Source: Hypanus sabinus
Lineage: Eukaryota
Length of the DNA stretch: 64,000 bases
Assembly: GCF_030144855.1 (NCBI RefSeq)
Contig: NC_082711.1
Span: 169,012,001-169,076,000, forward strand
Direction of reading: 5' to 3'
Positions 51,257 to 64,000 of the stretch are shown in pieces (position 1 is the stretch's first letter; every line of letters starts with the position of its first letter). The position numbers and the translations under genes are program-made. The notes beneath the pieces are model-generated. The model worked only from the letters and a program-made list of their open reading frames with translations, was not told where the DNA came from and did no database searches.

Positions 51257-51450
51257 TGATGCACCATCAATAACTCTCGGAGACGGGAGGGGAACGATAG
51301 GCTTTTATTAGCAACAAAAGGGAACATGGCATCTCGGAGACTGAGGGAGGAGCAGTGCCTCCAATAGCCTTTATACAGGGGTCTGTGGGAGGAGCCATAG
51401 AAGCAGTCAGCAGAGGGGCATGTCCAGACAGGTACACATAGTTTACCACA
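51257..51450 (-). mobile_element. Short solo LTR (194 bp), family B, inserted in a CR1 remnant
   Basis: TG...CA termini; 5-bp TSD ACTAG at 51252-51256 and 51451-51455. Confidence 0.85.
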
Positions 51451-53477
51451 ACTAGAATACAAAAGCAAGATGTAATAGACTTTATAAAGCAATGGTCGGA
51501 CTACATCTGGAGTACTGTGAGCACTAGGCATAAAAACCTTTAGAAAACAGGCTCTGATTAAATTGCATTTGTTTGTTGTGCAATCAACTAATTTCCATGA
51601 GCATGGATGCGTGCTGAATTCTGCCCAGGGCTCAATGGCCAATGCAATGTTGTCAGTAAAGACTCAGAGGTACGCTTAAGGTTTCCTATTGAAGAGACTG
51701 GATGAATCACCCTTACAACTTAAGGAATGTTAATGATGCACACTGTACACAAGTTCTCAACTCTGATCTCTTTAGTTTATAAAACTCCAGTATCTGGTTC
51801 CATAACTAATCATTTTAAGGACAATTAAATATATATAGTTGAGCGCTTGGTTTTAATATCTAAAGCTACAAAGTACAGTTGATTACAGACACAACTCAAG
51901 AGCAATGTATAATTTAATTAGCAGGTAGTCCTAAATACAGGCAATTGGATTAGTTATCTAGTTTATTAGTCTGGTATGGGGTGGGGGGGGCACTACACAG
52001 GATTGAAATCTGCTGCAGAAAGATGTAAACTCACTCAGCTCCATCATGGGCATTATCCTCCCCAGCATCCAGGTCATCTTCAATGAGTGATGCCTCAGAA
52101 AGGTGGCATCCATCATTAAGTATTCCCGTCAGCCAGGACATGCCCTCTTCTCAATGCTACCATCAGAGGGGAGGTACAGGAGCCTGAAGGCACACACTCA
52201 ACAAATCAGGAAAAGTTTCTTACCCTCTGTCATCAGATGTCTGAATGGACATTGAACCCATAAACACTACCTCACTATTATTTTTGCACTACTTATTCAA
52301 TTTAACACACACACACCCTATATTTATTTATTGTAAATCAGTTTTTATTATTATGTATTGCAATGTACTGCTCACAACATATTCCAGTGAAATTAAACCT
52401 GATCTATAAGACCATAAGATATAGGAGCAGAAGTAGGCCATTCGGCCCATTAAGCCTGTTCCGCCATTCAATCATGGGCTGATCCAATTCTTCCAGTCAT
52501 CCCCACTCCCCTGCCTTCTCCCATACCCTTTGATGCCCTGACTAATCAAGAACCTATCTATCTCTGCCTTAAATGCACCCAATGACTTGTCATCCACGGC
52601 TGTTCATGGCAACAAATTTCACAGGTTCTGATTATATGTAAGAATCTTCTAATTGATTATTCTGTATAGATATGTTGGTGCTGCCCTCCAGTGTTCACTC
52701 CCTGCAAGACAAGCAAAACTTGCTTCAATTCACTGAAGAAGCGTCTTTGCCTTTGAGTTGGGTGAGTGTGCCTAGAACAAAAACATTGAATCTGGGCTAC
52801 TTTTCTCATTGCACTATCAATTTTTGAGTGTAAGAATGTGGATAACAAATGGTAGACTATCTGAGGCCTTACTACAACAATTCTTGTTCATATATAGACA
52901 TATGTTGAGGCTATTGTGACTACTGTTTTAATGATATTTATTTGAATATATTACGTATTTAAGAGATTGATGGTAAGGAAGAATGCAGTATGGTGCAGGA
53001 AAATCAGTGGGCCAACCAGTTGGGAAATGGCAAAAGGAGAAAACGAAGGTAATGTTATAGTTTAATGTTCTACAAACATTCTACATCACTGGCAAAGCCA
53101 GCATTTACCTCCAATCTCTAAGTTACCCACCTTCTTGAAGCACAGCAGTATTCCTGGTGGGTTAGTGTGCAACATTAGAGGGGACCATGCAAGGTCATGT
53201 ACTTGCCAACCTTGTTGGTAGCCATTGTGAGGTTGGGAGGTGATCGGGCAAGTAACAGCATTGGAGGGAGGGCCATGCAGGGTCAGGTACCTACCAACCT
53301 TTTGTTTCTTGTTGGTAGACCTTGTGGTTTTGGAAGGTCACCGGGCGAGTAACCACACAACATTTTGCAGATGGTGCGCACTGTAGCCACCGCGTGCAAA
53401 TCAAGTCATTTGCTTGGTCTTGAATGATGCTGAACTGATGAGCTGAGCAAACTGCGCTTACTCGTGCAGACAGAGGT

Positions 53478-53675
53478 TATTCCATCATGCTCCTGACTTG
53501 TAAGATGGCGGAAAGGCTTTGGGGTTCAGGAAGTGAGTCACTTGTATTCCATCATGCTCCTGACTTGGGCCTTGTAAGATGGCGGAAAGGCTTTGGGGTT
53601 CAGGAAGTGAGTCACTTGTATTCCAGCATGCTCCTGCCTTGTAGATGGTGGAAAGATTTTGGGGTTCAGGGAGTG
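53478..53675. repeat. Local tandem triplication (67-74-bp unit) within an old LINE remnant
   Basis: Units start at 53478, 53545 and 53619 (TATTCCA.CATGCTCCTG..GGGGTTCAGG); the minus strand encodes LSTIYK/YKAQVRSMMEY-like LINE RT C-terminal motifs. Confidence 0.85.
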
Positions 53676-54827
53676 GCCATTTGAATTTCTGGTCAATGGT
53701 GTTGACAGTGGGATATGCAGCTGAAGCAATGACATTTAATGTCAAATGTAGGTGGTTAGGCACTCTCTTGCTGAAGATGTTTAACATGGATCCTTAGTGG
53801 TGTGCATTTAACTTGGCCCAGTCCTGGAAGTCGTCCAGTCTCACTACATACTGTTACGGGCTGGTTCATTCACTGAGGAATTGCAGAAGTGAATATTTTC
53901 AATGTCCCACTGCTGACTGTATGACTAAAAGCTACAAATGAAGGAGGGGAAGATGGTTGGTCCTGGGGTATGTTCCTGAGCAACTCCTACTGTGATACGT
54001 TGGGTCTGGGTTGATTGACCCTTGCCAACCATAACAATGATCCTTGTGTGAGGTATGACTCCAACCAGAAAGATCTTTTCCACTAGAGACCAGGGCTACC
54101 TGTTGTCACACTCAGTAAAATATTAGTCACTCTCACCTCAATTCTGGAGATTAGCCCCTCGGTTCATTGTTTAGAGAAAGTTTGATGAAACCCAAACTAG
54201 CTGTCAGTTGGTAGGTAATGGTTGACGGAGTTGTATAAGATGACAAGAGGCATTTGAGTGGAATAGTCCAAGACTTTTTCTCAGGGCATTCCTTTAAGGT
54301 GATTGAAGTATATGGGGGATGTCAGAGGTAGGTCCCTGCACACAGAGAGCTGAGTGATTGGAACGCCCTACTAGGAGTGGTGGTAGAGGCAGATACATCA
54401 GGCTTATTTAAGAAATTCTTGGATAGGCATGTGGATAAAACAAAAACGGAGGGTTAGATTGATCGTGGAGTAGGTTTAAAGGTTGACGTAAGGGCCTGTA
54501 CTGTGTTGTAATATTCTGTGTTCTGTAACGTGGTAGGAAGGAGTCTCTTTGTGGTACCACTGTTGCTGACAGTTTCCATTGCTTATTCATTGAGAGTAGA
54601 ATGGTAATCAACCTGCTGGAATTGCCCTACTTGTTGTGAATATCTGGGCAGTTTACCAGATTGTCTGGCAGATCATACATAGACCAAGAGGTTCTGCAGA
54701 TACTGGAAGTCTTGAGCAACACACACCGAATTCTGGAGGGCCTTAGCAGGTCAGGCAACACCTATGGGGGGGGGGGGGGGGGTAATATTTATTGATGCTG
54801 TCTGACCTGCCGAGTTCCTTCAATGTT

Positions 54828-56278
54828 TCAAGGACATATTCAACTCACTGCCATGGGCAGAAGGCCCCACTTGCTTCAAAATAGCAACAATTATACCAGT
54901 GCCTAAGAAGAATAAAGTGAGCTTCCTTTATGACTATCGCCTGGTAGCACTCACATCGACAGTGATGAAATGCTTTGAGAGGTTGGTCATGACTAGACTG
55001 AACTCCTGCCTCAGCAAAGACAGGGACCCACTGCAATCTGGCCATCGCCACAACAGGTCGACGGCAGATGCAATCTCAATGGCTCTCCACATGGCTTTAG
55101 AGCACCTGGACAACACAAACACCTATGTCAGGATGCTTTTCATCATTTATAACTCAGCATTTAATACCATCATTCCCACAATTCTGATTGAGAAATTGCA
55201 GAACCTGGGCCTCTGAACCTCCCTCTGCAATTGGATCCTTGACTTCCTAATTGGAAGACCACAATCTGTGCAGATTGGTGATAGCATCTCCTCCTTGCTG
55301 ACAATCAACACTGGCACACCTCTGGGGTGTGTGCTTAGCCCACTGTTCTACTCTCTGTATACACATGACTGTGTGGCTAGGCATAGCTCAAATACCATCT
55401 ACAAATTTGCTGATGCCACAACCATTGTTGGTAGAATCTCAGGTGGTGACGAGAGGGCATACAGGAGTGAGATATGTCAACTAGTTGAGTGGTGCCTCAG
55501 CAAACAACCTGGCACTGAATGTCAGTAAGACGAAAGAGCTGATTGTGGACTTCAGGAAGGGTAAGACGAAGGAACACATACCAATCCTCATAGAGGGAAC
55601 ATAAGTGGAGAGAGTGAGCAGCTTCAAGTTCCTCAGTGTCAAGATCTCTGAGGATCTAACCTGGTCCCAACATTATTGATGTAGTTATAAAGAAGGCAAG
55701 ACAGCCGTTATACTTAATTAGGAGTTTGAAGAGATTGGGTATGTCAACAAATGCATTCAGAAACTTCTATAGTTGTACCATGGAGAGCATTCTGACAGGC
55801 TGCATCACTGTCCGGTATGGAGGGGCTTCTGCACAGGACCGAAAGAAGCTGCAGAGGGTTGTAAACCTAGTCAGCTCCATGTTGGGTACTAGCCTACAAA
55901 GCACCCAGGTCATCTTCAGACAGCAGTGTCTCAGAAAGGCAGTGTCCATTATTAAGGACCTCCAGCACCCAGGGCATGCCCTTTTCTCACTGTTACCATC
56001 AGGTAGGAGGTACAGAAGCCTGAAGGCACACACGCAGCAATTCGGGAACAGCTTCTTTCCTTCTTCCTAAATGGACATTGAACACTACCTCACTTTTTAA
56101 ATATACAGTATTTCTGTTTTTTTGGATGTTTTTAATCTATTCATAATGTAATCGATTTACTTATTTATTATTATTTTTCTCTTCTATATTATGTATTGCA
56201 TTGAACTGCTGCTGGTAAGTTATCAAATTTCACGTCACATGCCGGTGATAATAAACCCGAATCTGATTCCGGTTCTGT
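54828..56278 (+). mobile_element. Rex1/Babar LINE, 5'-truncated RT region to 3' tail
   Basis: ORFs 54899-55216, 55268-55528 and 55726-56070 ([55 protein letters not shown]); AATAAA plus (GATTCT)n-like tail. Confidence 0.92.
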
Positions 56279-57771
56279 TTTCTGTGTGTTGTCCAAAACT
56301 TATTTCAAGTCTTCCAGCAGAGGGCACTCATAATACACGGAGCAGTGCTGGTGCCTTGTCTCCCAAAGCCTGTGCTAACAAGCCTCATTAGCCGTTTTGA
56401 CAGCGCTAGCTCCTCTCTCGCAAGCAGCCTGTCTCCAGACATAATGAAGTGCTCCTTCATCCTTATGATCCAAACCTGCAATTACAGGTGCAAACCAAGC
56501 TATAGCGCAGAGTATATGGCTGTTTAAAGAAATCAGCCGGCCTTGTAACGGGACACCAGTACGGTTTATTAAACAAAAACAGCGCATTAAAAAGAACCAG
56601 CTTGAGAGACAAACATTTTATTCAGTAACACGCACATGCTGGAGGAACTCGGCAAGTCAGCGTTTTGTCCTATCATATCGAAGGACTAATAATCTACAAG
56701 TGTGAAAATCGAACCTAGCCTGTTCTGCGAGCTTAACGGGGCTTCACTATTAATAAAGGCGCTTCCGGATTTATGTGGACCCTGTTGATTAATGAGCTAT
56801 GGGGGTGTATGATGTGTTCCAGTATCAATATTGCTCCAGCTCATTTGGCATATTGAATGAATCATTTGCCCGCCCATTCCTTTTATTTCCTGAAAGCTGT
56901 AACATAGATCATTAAACGGATCCAAGACATTAAGATAATCGTTTCACAACCAGTTGAACTGCTAGTTAACTTTGACATTTATGAAATATGATCAGTTTTA
57001 TGAATCAAATTTTAAAAACGACCCGCTTTCATGCAAAACGTTTCCGAACCCGGAATATCAATACCGTTTCTCATAGATGCTGTCTGAACATTATAAATTA
57101 ATATTAATATCCCTGATTTCTGTCTAATTAATAACTGATTATTTCCGATATTCTTTTTGGAGGAAGTAAAATGTATGAGCAAGTGGTTAATCAAACTCTT
57201 CACCCAGTATCAGTGAACTTCCCTATTATATCTAGTGTCGTGAGGTGCAGGAAGAGGATAATTTCTGTGGTCAGCAAGATGGCACTGAATTTCGCCATGT
57301 CGGGGAAAGGAAGCTAGTTTGCACGTTCCTGCCGAAAACCAACTGTGGTTCAAACACAAACAACCCAGTAAATTTCTTTTCAACTCGCTTCGAAACTCCT
57401 GTCTCAAGGATCAAGTTCAGAAAGTCGGAAGAAACTCGGTTTTTTTTGTCTCACTCGTTTCTTCTTTGAAACGCAGAGCTGAACATTTCCACTGGAGGCC
57501 ATCGGGGGGGGGGGGGGGGGGGGAGGGGGTTCAACAAACCGACTCGAGCAGTGATTCGAAATGGGTCTCTTCAACTTGACATAAAACCCGGATTAACATA
57601 TATAAAAATAGGATCCACTGATACGAGCACTGCCACCAATCCCATCTCTCTCAATACGCACATCGCTGCTCCACATAAATTCTCAGTCATTTGCTTATTT
57701 CTATTTCATCAGATTGGCTTTAACAACTTGATTGATTTCTATTTGATCCATCATGCGACCATTCTGTGTTA

Positions 57772-57900
57772 AGCACAAAAAGCTCTGCGGATGCGGGAAA
57801 TCCAGACACACACATACAAAATGCAGGAGGAACTCGGCAGGTCAGGCAGCATGTATGGTAAAAAATAAATAGTGGACGTTTCGGATCGAGGCCCTTCATT
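57772..57900 (-). mobile_element. Penelope-terminus fragment with truncated hammerhead core
   Basis: Minus strand ATGA-AGGGCCTCGATCC-GAAAC-GTC-CACT at 57871-57899 followed by the family terminal motif. Confidence 0.7.
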
Positions 57901-60688
57901 GTACGTTAACCCAGATTTCAACCAATTATTTAAATAATGTTAAGTATTTTGCTTTCGGGATGTAATCACAGCAAAGATATACAAATTAATGTGGGAAAGG
58001 ACATTGATTTCAACAGCAGTTGATTAGGTCACAAGGTATGTCATCATTTTTCACTAGAATTAGATAAGATATACCATTGATATTCCGTTACCTGATCAAG
58101 CTGGTATCTGCGTTGTGACAAGATTGCTCGCATCTTGGGTTTTGACAGATTCCTTTCGTTCTGTGGTAGTAAGTGTAGCTCATCGGCATTTGATTCGTTA
58201 AACATAGTTTGGCTTCGACTTCACTTGTGCAGCATTCAAGGAATGCACAGCAGAGCCACTTCATGTTTTGGCGAGATACTTGCCCACATGGCGACACGGA
58301 ATACCGCCATCAAATCTCAGCCTTCATTGCCCTAAAGCTAACTGTCTCCGTTTCATTTGGACCTCCCTTGTGGTTCCAGCGATGAGGGAGACCAAAAATG
58401 CAGAAGCTGAGCTGTTGTCCCTTGGGGCAATGGAGGTGGAAATGTGACAAAGGACTACATCTAGGATTAGATGGGGTAAATAGATGCATTGGGCATACTG
58501 ATACGGGAGCGGGGAGAAGAGGGGTTGTGTTCCAGGAAATTAAACATCGAAGGAGAGGTTCTTTGCGAGTTTTGAATAAGGGAAAGAGTCTGACTAAATA
58601 ACTCCACGTTGGGGTAGACTCAATGGGCTGAATGGCTTCGTTATTATGTCTACTCACGATAAAGACAAGAGTTTCTCTAATCCCTTCGTAAATTACATAA
58701 ACCGGTTTAAGGCCGAGTCAGCAGATTTGAGGCACCATTAACACGATTTAGTTGGTTAATGGAGAACGTACTAAAGTTCTCCGCTTTCTTCCCTCACAGT
58801 AACACGGGAACATCAATTTGGAAATTCAATGTAGGGAATTTAAATGATATACTACTTTAGGATTTGAATGAATAGTGCTGTGTAGAACGCTAAAACAGAG
58901 GACGTTCCGTCCCCCGTGGGAGTTTAATCAGACTCTGATCCTGTCTCCATTAGGAGAGCAGGAACTTGACACGCACAATAGCTGGTTGCTTATCTCACTT
59001 GCTCTTTCCGGGAATATTCTGTGCACAAAGCCATTACTGTTTGTCTAAATAAAAGTGCTGCGTATTAAGAACGAGGATCGCAGAGCAGATTTCAGGTGAG
59101 TACAATTATAAAACACAAATGAGGTTACAGAAAAAGCAGAGGTGTGAATAACAAATCGTATATTTACAGTAGAATTCGGGAGCCTTTATTTCCTCTCACC
59201 CAAAGACTATCTGATCCAAGAACATAAGGTCCAACGGGCCATCAAAAATAAACCTTTTACATATGAAAACCGCACCATTTTTGAGCATCTAATTGTGCTT
59301 GTTCTTAATGGTACACGTACCTATTAAGTGGAAATATTCAAAGTAACCTCTTAACAATTGAAAACATTGGGTGAATGCTTTTTTTTTGTGCCATAAATTC
59401 TACTTGGGAATGTTCTAAAGTCACAAAAATTCTTTTGGTTTCTAAATGATCCATTAAATAATGATAAACTTAGAGCGCGAATGCAAAAATAACCCAATCC
59501 AAGCATTAGCTAATAGTTCAGTCAGCACTATATGCAAGCTGAGCACTCAAAACAGCCAGGGGTTCAATTAGCTTTAACATTTTCAGTTGTACTCAGCACA
59601 GAACAACACAAAAAAATCATAACCGGCATTCGTTTATGTAGATTTCAGTTGAGTCTTGGTTATCTGAGGACAAATTCGGGAGCAGACTTGTGAAATGGAC
59701 ATCTGGCAGAATGCAGAACACAAAGTGTAGAGATGAATTTTGGAAAGAAAAATAATATAATTTTGAAAAGACCAGAGGTTTACTTACAAACGTTTTCAAA
59801 GATAACAGGGCATAAATAAGATAATCGGGTCTATGGTCTCTAAAACTAGAGATAGAATTAATGCATTTAGCAAAAGAACCGGTGAGACAATGCAAAGATT
59901 TTTTAAAATCAGAATTGGTTTGGTACTTGAAACAAAATCTACAATGCTATGAGGAAAGATGACAAATTCTTCAGTGGGATTGGCCAAATGGCTTCATTCT
60001 ATGCTGTGAGGCTGTGTAATTTAAAAAGGATTTTCTTATGAGTGCTATACTTACTCTAGATGAAGGGTGATTTCATTAAAATTTACAAGAAGCTGAGAAG
60101 GGCTTGCAAGATAGTTGCTGAAAAATTATTTAGTAAAGTTGGTAAGTCTGGATCAAGAATCATAACCTCAAGACAAAGGATCAGCCACTTTGAATAGAAG
60201 CAAGTTGACATTTCATTATTCAGAAGTAAATCTTTGAAATTCTCAAGCCCGAGGATTGTGGATGCCCTGTCACTGGGTATATTAAAGTCAGCTTAATCTT
60301 TAGATATTAATAGAATCAAGGGCTATACATTTTAATTTCTGAGTTTGTTTCCTTCAAAGCGAAAATAAAAATAGCTTTCAAGTCATAAGTTTGATTCTTT
60401 ACCCACCTGACTTCAGGATAAAATTTACTAAGAATGAAAAGGGTTGGTTAAACTTGGTTTGTATTTTCTTCAGTTTATAATGTCAAATCTTTAACATAAC
60501 ATGTTAAGAGAAGTATAATAGAACTGCTGCCAGATAAGGTACACAGGTAGTTTACAATACAGTTTTATATAAAATATACTTTTAGATAAAGGTAACAAGA
60601 TTTTGGAATTATATTCTTCCAAATACTATTCTGGGGCAAGACCTTGGACAACGGTTCTTCAAAGATATGGGCTGAAGATAGATAAACT

Positions 60689-61144
60689 GGGATGTCCAGA
60701 CTGTCTTATGCAGAGAGGTTAGAGAGACTGGGCTTGTACATGCTGCAATTAAGGAGATTGAGAGGGGATCTGATTGCAACATATAAGATTATTAAGGGAT
60801 TGGTCAAGATAGAGGCAGGAAATATGTTCCAGATGCTGAGAGAGTCCAGTACCAGAGGGCATGGTTTGAGAATAAGGGGTAGGTCATTTAGGACAGAGTT
60901 AAGGAAAAACTTCTTTTTCCAGAGAGTTGTGGGGGTCTGGAATGCACTGCCTCGGAAGGCAGTGGAGGCTAATTCTCTGGATGCTTTCAAGAAGGAGCTA
61001 GATAGGTATCTTATGGATAGGGGAATCAAGGGATATGGGGACAAGGCAGGAACCAGGTATTGATAGTAGATGATCAGCCATGATCTCAGAATGGCAGTGC
61101 AGGCTCGAAGGGCTGAATGGTCTACTTCTGCACCTAATGTCTAT
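60689..61144 (+). mobile_element. Young CR1 3' fragment
   Basis: Intact ORF 60692-61063 (LSYAERLERLGLY..GDLIATYKI..FQRVVGVWNALP..FKKELDRYL); related to 41890-42441. Confidence 0.9.
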
Positions 61145-61264
61145 AAGCGGAGGCATAGATCAACTGTAATTTGAATGGATTACCCATGACACATTTACAA
61201 GTTAACAGTAGGCAACTCGTCCTCTCTTCTGCAACTAAATGAGATTGTGGCTGATATACGTACA

Positions 61265-61745
61265 ACATAGAACATTGAAGAGTACAGCGTCAGAACAGGA
61301 CATTCGGTCCACGTTGGTCTGAAACAGCTGAAAAGCAAATAAAAACACTCAAACACTAATCACTCTTATCTACACCATGTCCATATCCCTCCATCTTCCT
61401 TACATCCAAGTGCCTATCCAAACATCTCTTAAAAGCCTCTAATGTATTTGCCTCTACCACCAGACCAGGCAGCGCAGTCCAGGCATCCACCACTGAGTAA
61501 GAAGCTTACCCATCACATCCCCTTGATTCTATCCCATCTTACACTCAATGCCCTCTACCCTCTGGTATTAGATATTTCAACCCTGGGAAATAAGATACTC
61601 TCTGTCCACTATCTATGCCTTTCATAATCTTGTAAACCTCTACCAAATCTCCCCTCAGCCTCTGATGCACCAGAGAAAACAACCCAAGTTTATCCAGCCT
61701 CTTGTGATAGCACATGCCCTCTAAACTAGGCAGCATCCAGGTGAC
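61265..61745 (-). mobile_element. CR1 3' fragment
   Basis: ORF 61545-61820 has RLDKLGLFSL..RLRGDLVEVYKIMKG. Confidence 0.8.
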
Positions 61746-64000
61746 CAGAACTCTATGTAGTTGTAACTTCAACTCCACATTCCCAATACCCAAAGTGACT
61801 ATTCGCTCCTTGCTTAACAAGTACCCACCTCTGCCTTAAAAATATTTAAAAACTCTGCTTCTAATGCTTTGATGAAGAGAGGCCCAAAGACAATCAATCT
61901 ATGGAAATTATAATCTTGGACAACTCTTCATTTTTAAACAGTGCCCATAGGTTAAAAATTTTCCCACAAGAAACATTCTCTCCATATTGATATTGTCAAG
62001 TACTTCACTGCCCCCTTAAATCCCAGGACATTTCTTCACATTGAATACCCAGCCTCCATTGAAAAAAACATTTAAATACATCTTATAGGTTAGTAATCAA
62101 CACCATTAAATGTTGATGAGGTTGTGCATGTGAGGGAGGAGCAGGTACAAGTATGGGATGGCAGAATAAGGTTTAAGTGCATGCCAAAGGTTATGTCTTA
62201 GGAAAACCCAAGATACACTTAACTGCATTCATTTATCCATCATTATTACAACGGCACACAGTGTAAGGTTCTAGTTATAGTACAGAATTTTGAGGTTAAA
62301 TACAGAATGAATTCAAATGCCATGACAGCACACTTCCAAGTTAACATTTGAAATAATGTTTCAAATAATTTTGCTGAAACACTGGTTTGCAATTTAAATG
62401 GCCCTAATCTCCATAAATCAGTTTTCATCTACATTCTGCCTAACTGGTAAGATAAAGGGCATTCCAAATCAGATAACTTCTCAGATTCTTAATCATCATC
62501 CAGGTCTATGATCTGCAGATGGACTGAATGTAAATAAAATGTTCGGAACAACTCAAAAGGCTTGAAGTTAGGAAAATCATACAGCAATTCTAATTCTCCA
62601 TTGCCTGTTTCATTGATAAATTTCATTAGCTGCATCATCTTATACCAGGGAAGTCAGCTGAGACTCCAGAACAAAGCTAGGCATCTTCTGATCCATTTGG
62701 CTCCATTGGCAATATGCCTTAAATGGAGTTATTGGTTACAAACAGATGTAGTCATTAGTATTTTACTGTTAACTACAAATTTCTTTAATTACTTTTAGTT
62801 TAAACCAGCACCCCTACTGACAGCAGCTCGTCAAGTGTCCTCCTTCCTGGGCCAGTTTTTCAAGTTGCTCCCAGGTATAGCCCATCTTCAAAAATCCTTC
62901 TTCTTCCAGGGATTAGGTCTTTGGAGCTTTTGTTGGTATTTCTTTAACAGGACTGCTCGCCCCATGCCCTACTCTCCTCCTTTCACAGCTTGGCCTGGGA
63001 CCATCCATGGTGTAATAAATTACATAAATAACTTTCATTATCCAAGGTAGTTCTTTTTGAGTGTTAGCATGTTCACAAGTGATTATTCAGGGTGGAGGTA
63101 CAAGAGACTGCAGATGTAAGAATCAGAAGCAAAAAAATTCTTGAGGATTCGGTAGATCAGGCAGCATAGAAGGTCCCAAGCAAAAAAGATAACCTTCCCT
63201 TTGCTTCCACAGATACTACTTGGCCCACTGAGTTCATCCAAGTTTTTTTTTTAGAATGATTGTTCACTATTTGCATGTCAGCTCTTTGCTGGAATAATTG
63301 ATCTTTCAAACCAGAGCTAAATAATTAGGATTTTTTTCTTCAAATTTATTTCAGTGGCAATAACTTGAGGATTTGCTCAGGGAATTACAAAACACTAAGA
63401 GGGCAGGAAGGGTAATATATTACTTTACACTGTACCTAGTGCTAATTAGGGTCAACAAATGTTAATTTGTTTCCTTTTAATGGCACATTCTCAACTCATC
63501 CAAACAATTTCCTGCTGATAAAAAAACAAACTGCAGAAATATATTAAACTATTCTTGGTTTGCATATTCTCATGAGCATGCAAAATATCAGTCAGTGATG
63601 GTTAGAGAAAAAGGAAATGTTCCTCCGTTTTAAAAGACAGGAAACTTTTAGGAAAGCTTTGTGGCAGAGCATTCACTCTTCTTTTGAAACAAAATGTAGT
63701 TGGATTCTATAAATAGGATCAGGGTTTCCAAACTGACTGTAAGATCATCATTAGGTTCTAAATATATGAATTATGTTAATTGGAGAAAATGATCAAGAAT
63801 GAAAGTAGTTCAAGTGAACTGGATCCCAACAGAGATTGATTATATGAATATAGAACTATAGATCAAGTATAATATTAACAAACACCAGGAGGTAAACTAT
63901 TATTTTTCTACTTCATTACCAACAAATAGAAATTAAGTTTGCAAATAATGTAGCCAATTTCTTTAAAAAAACTTAATCCTTAGGAGGTGGGTGCCAGAAG

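Noticed and set aside
58088-58297. Cys-rich 69-aa minus-strand ORF ending at a CAG|GTAAC donor
   Set aside because: GTG start, weak upstream acceptor with stops in all frames, and no recognisable homology.
59010-59075. miR-302/372/430-like seed AAAGTGCTGCG
   Set aside because: No convincing complementary arm for a pre-miRNA hairpin.

Overview
Eukaryotic vertebrate genomic DNA. The repeat content (HE1/V-type tRNA SINEs, CR1, Rex1/Babar, L1, Penelope-like elements) suggests a cartilaginous fish, probably a ray or skate; this is inference. Three host genes lie in the same order as in human. (1) The 5' part of TNFAIP1 (minus strand; first coding exon 5964-6177, probable non-coding exon 1 near 14.1 kb). 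(2) The complete 4-coding-exon IFT20 (plus strand, 14560-25892, 130 aa), sharing a CpG-island bidirectional promoter with TNFAIP1. (3) The complete 3-exon TMEM97 (minus strand, 48347-32629, 171 aa). Much of the remainder is transposon-derived: a 3.8-kb L1 with a 17-bp TSD, five solo LTRs of three families with intact TSDs, a Tc1 deletion derivative, and many CR1/Rex1/SINE fragments. The most notable pattern is a family of 120-200-bp Penelope-derived insertions with 13-16-bp TSDs, often self-complementary, carrying a minimal hammerhead-ribozyme core (CTGATGA..GAAAC-GTC). Also notable: a phase-perfect 29-bp minisatellite in TMEM97 intron 1, tandem uORFs in the TNFAIP1 leader, and a repeat-poor, CpG-retaining block at 56.3-59.6 kb with a candidate non-coding exon. 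Most ORFs in the supplied track are spurious or TE-derived. All calls were made by eye, and family names come from remembered motifs, not database searches.
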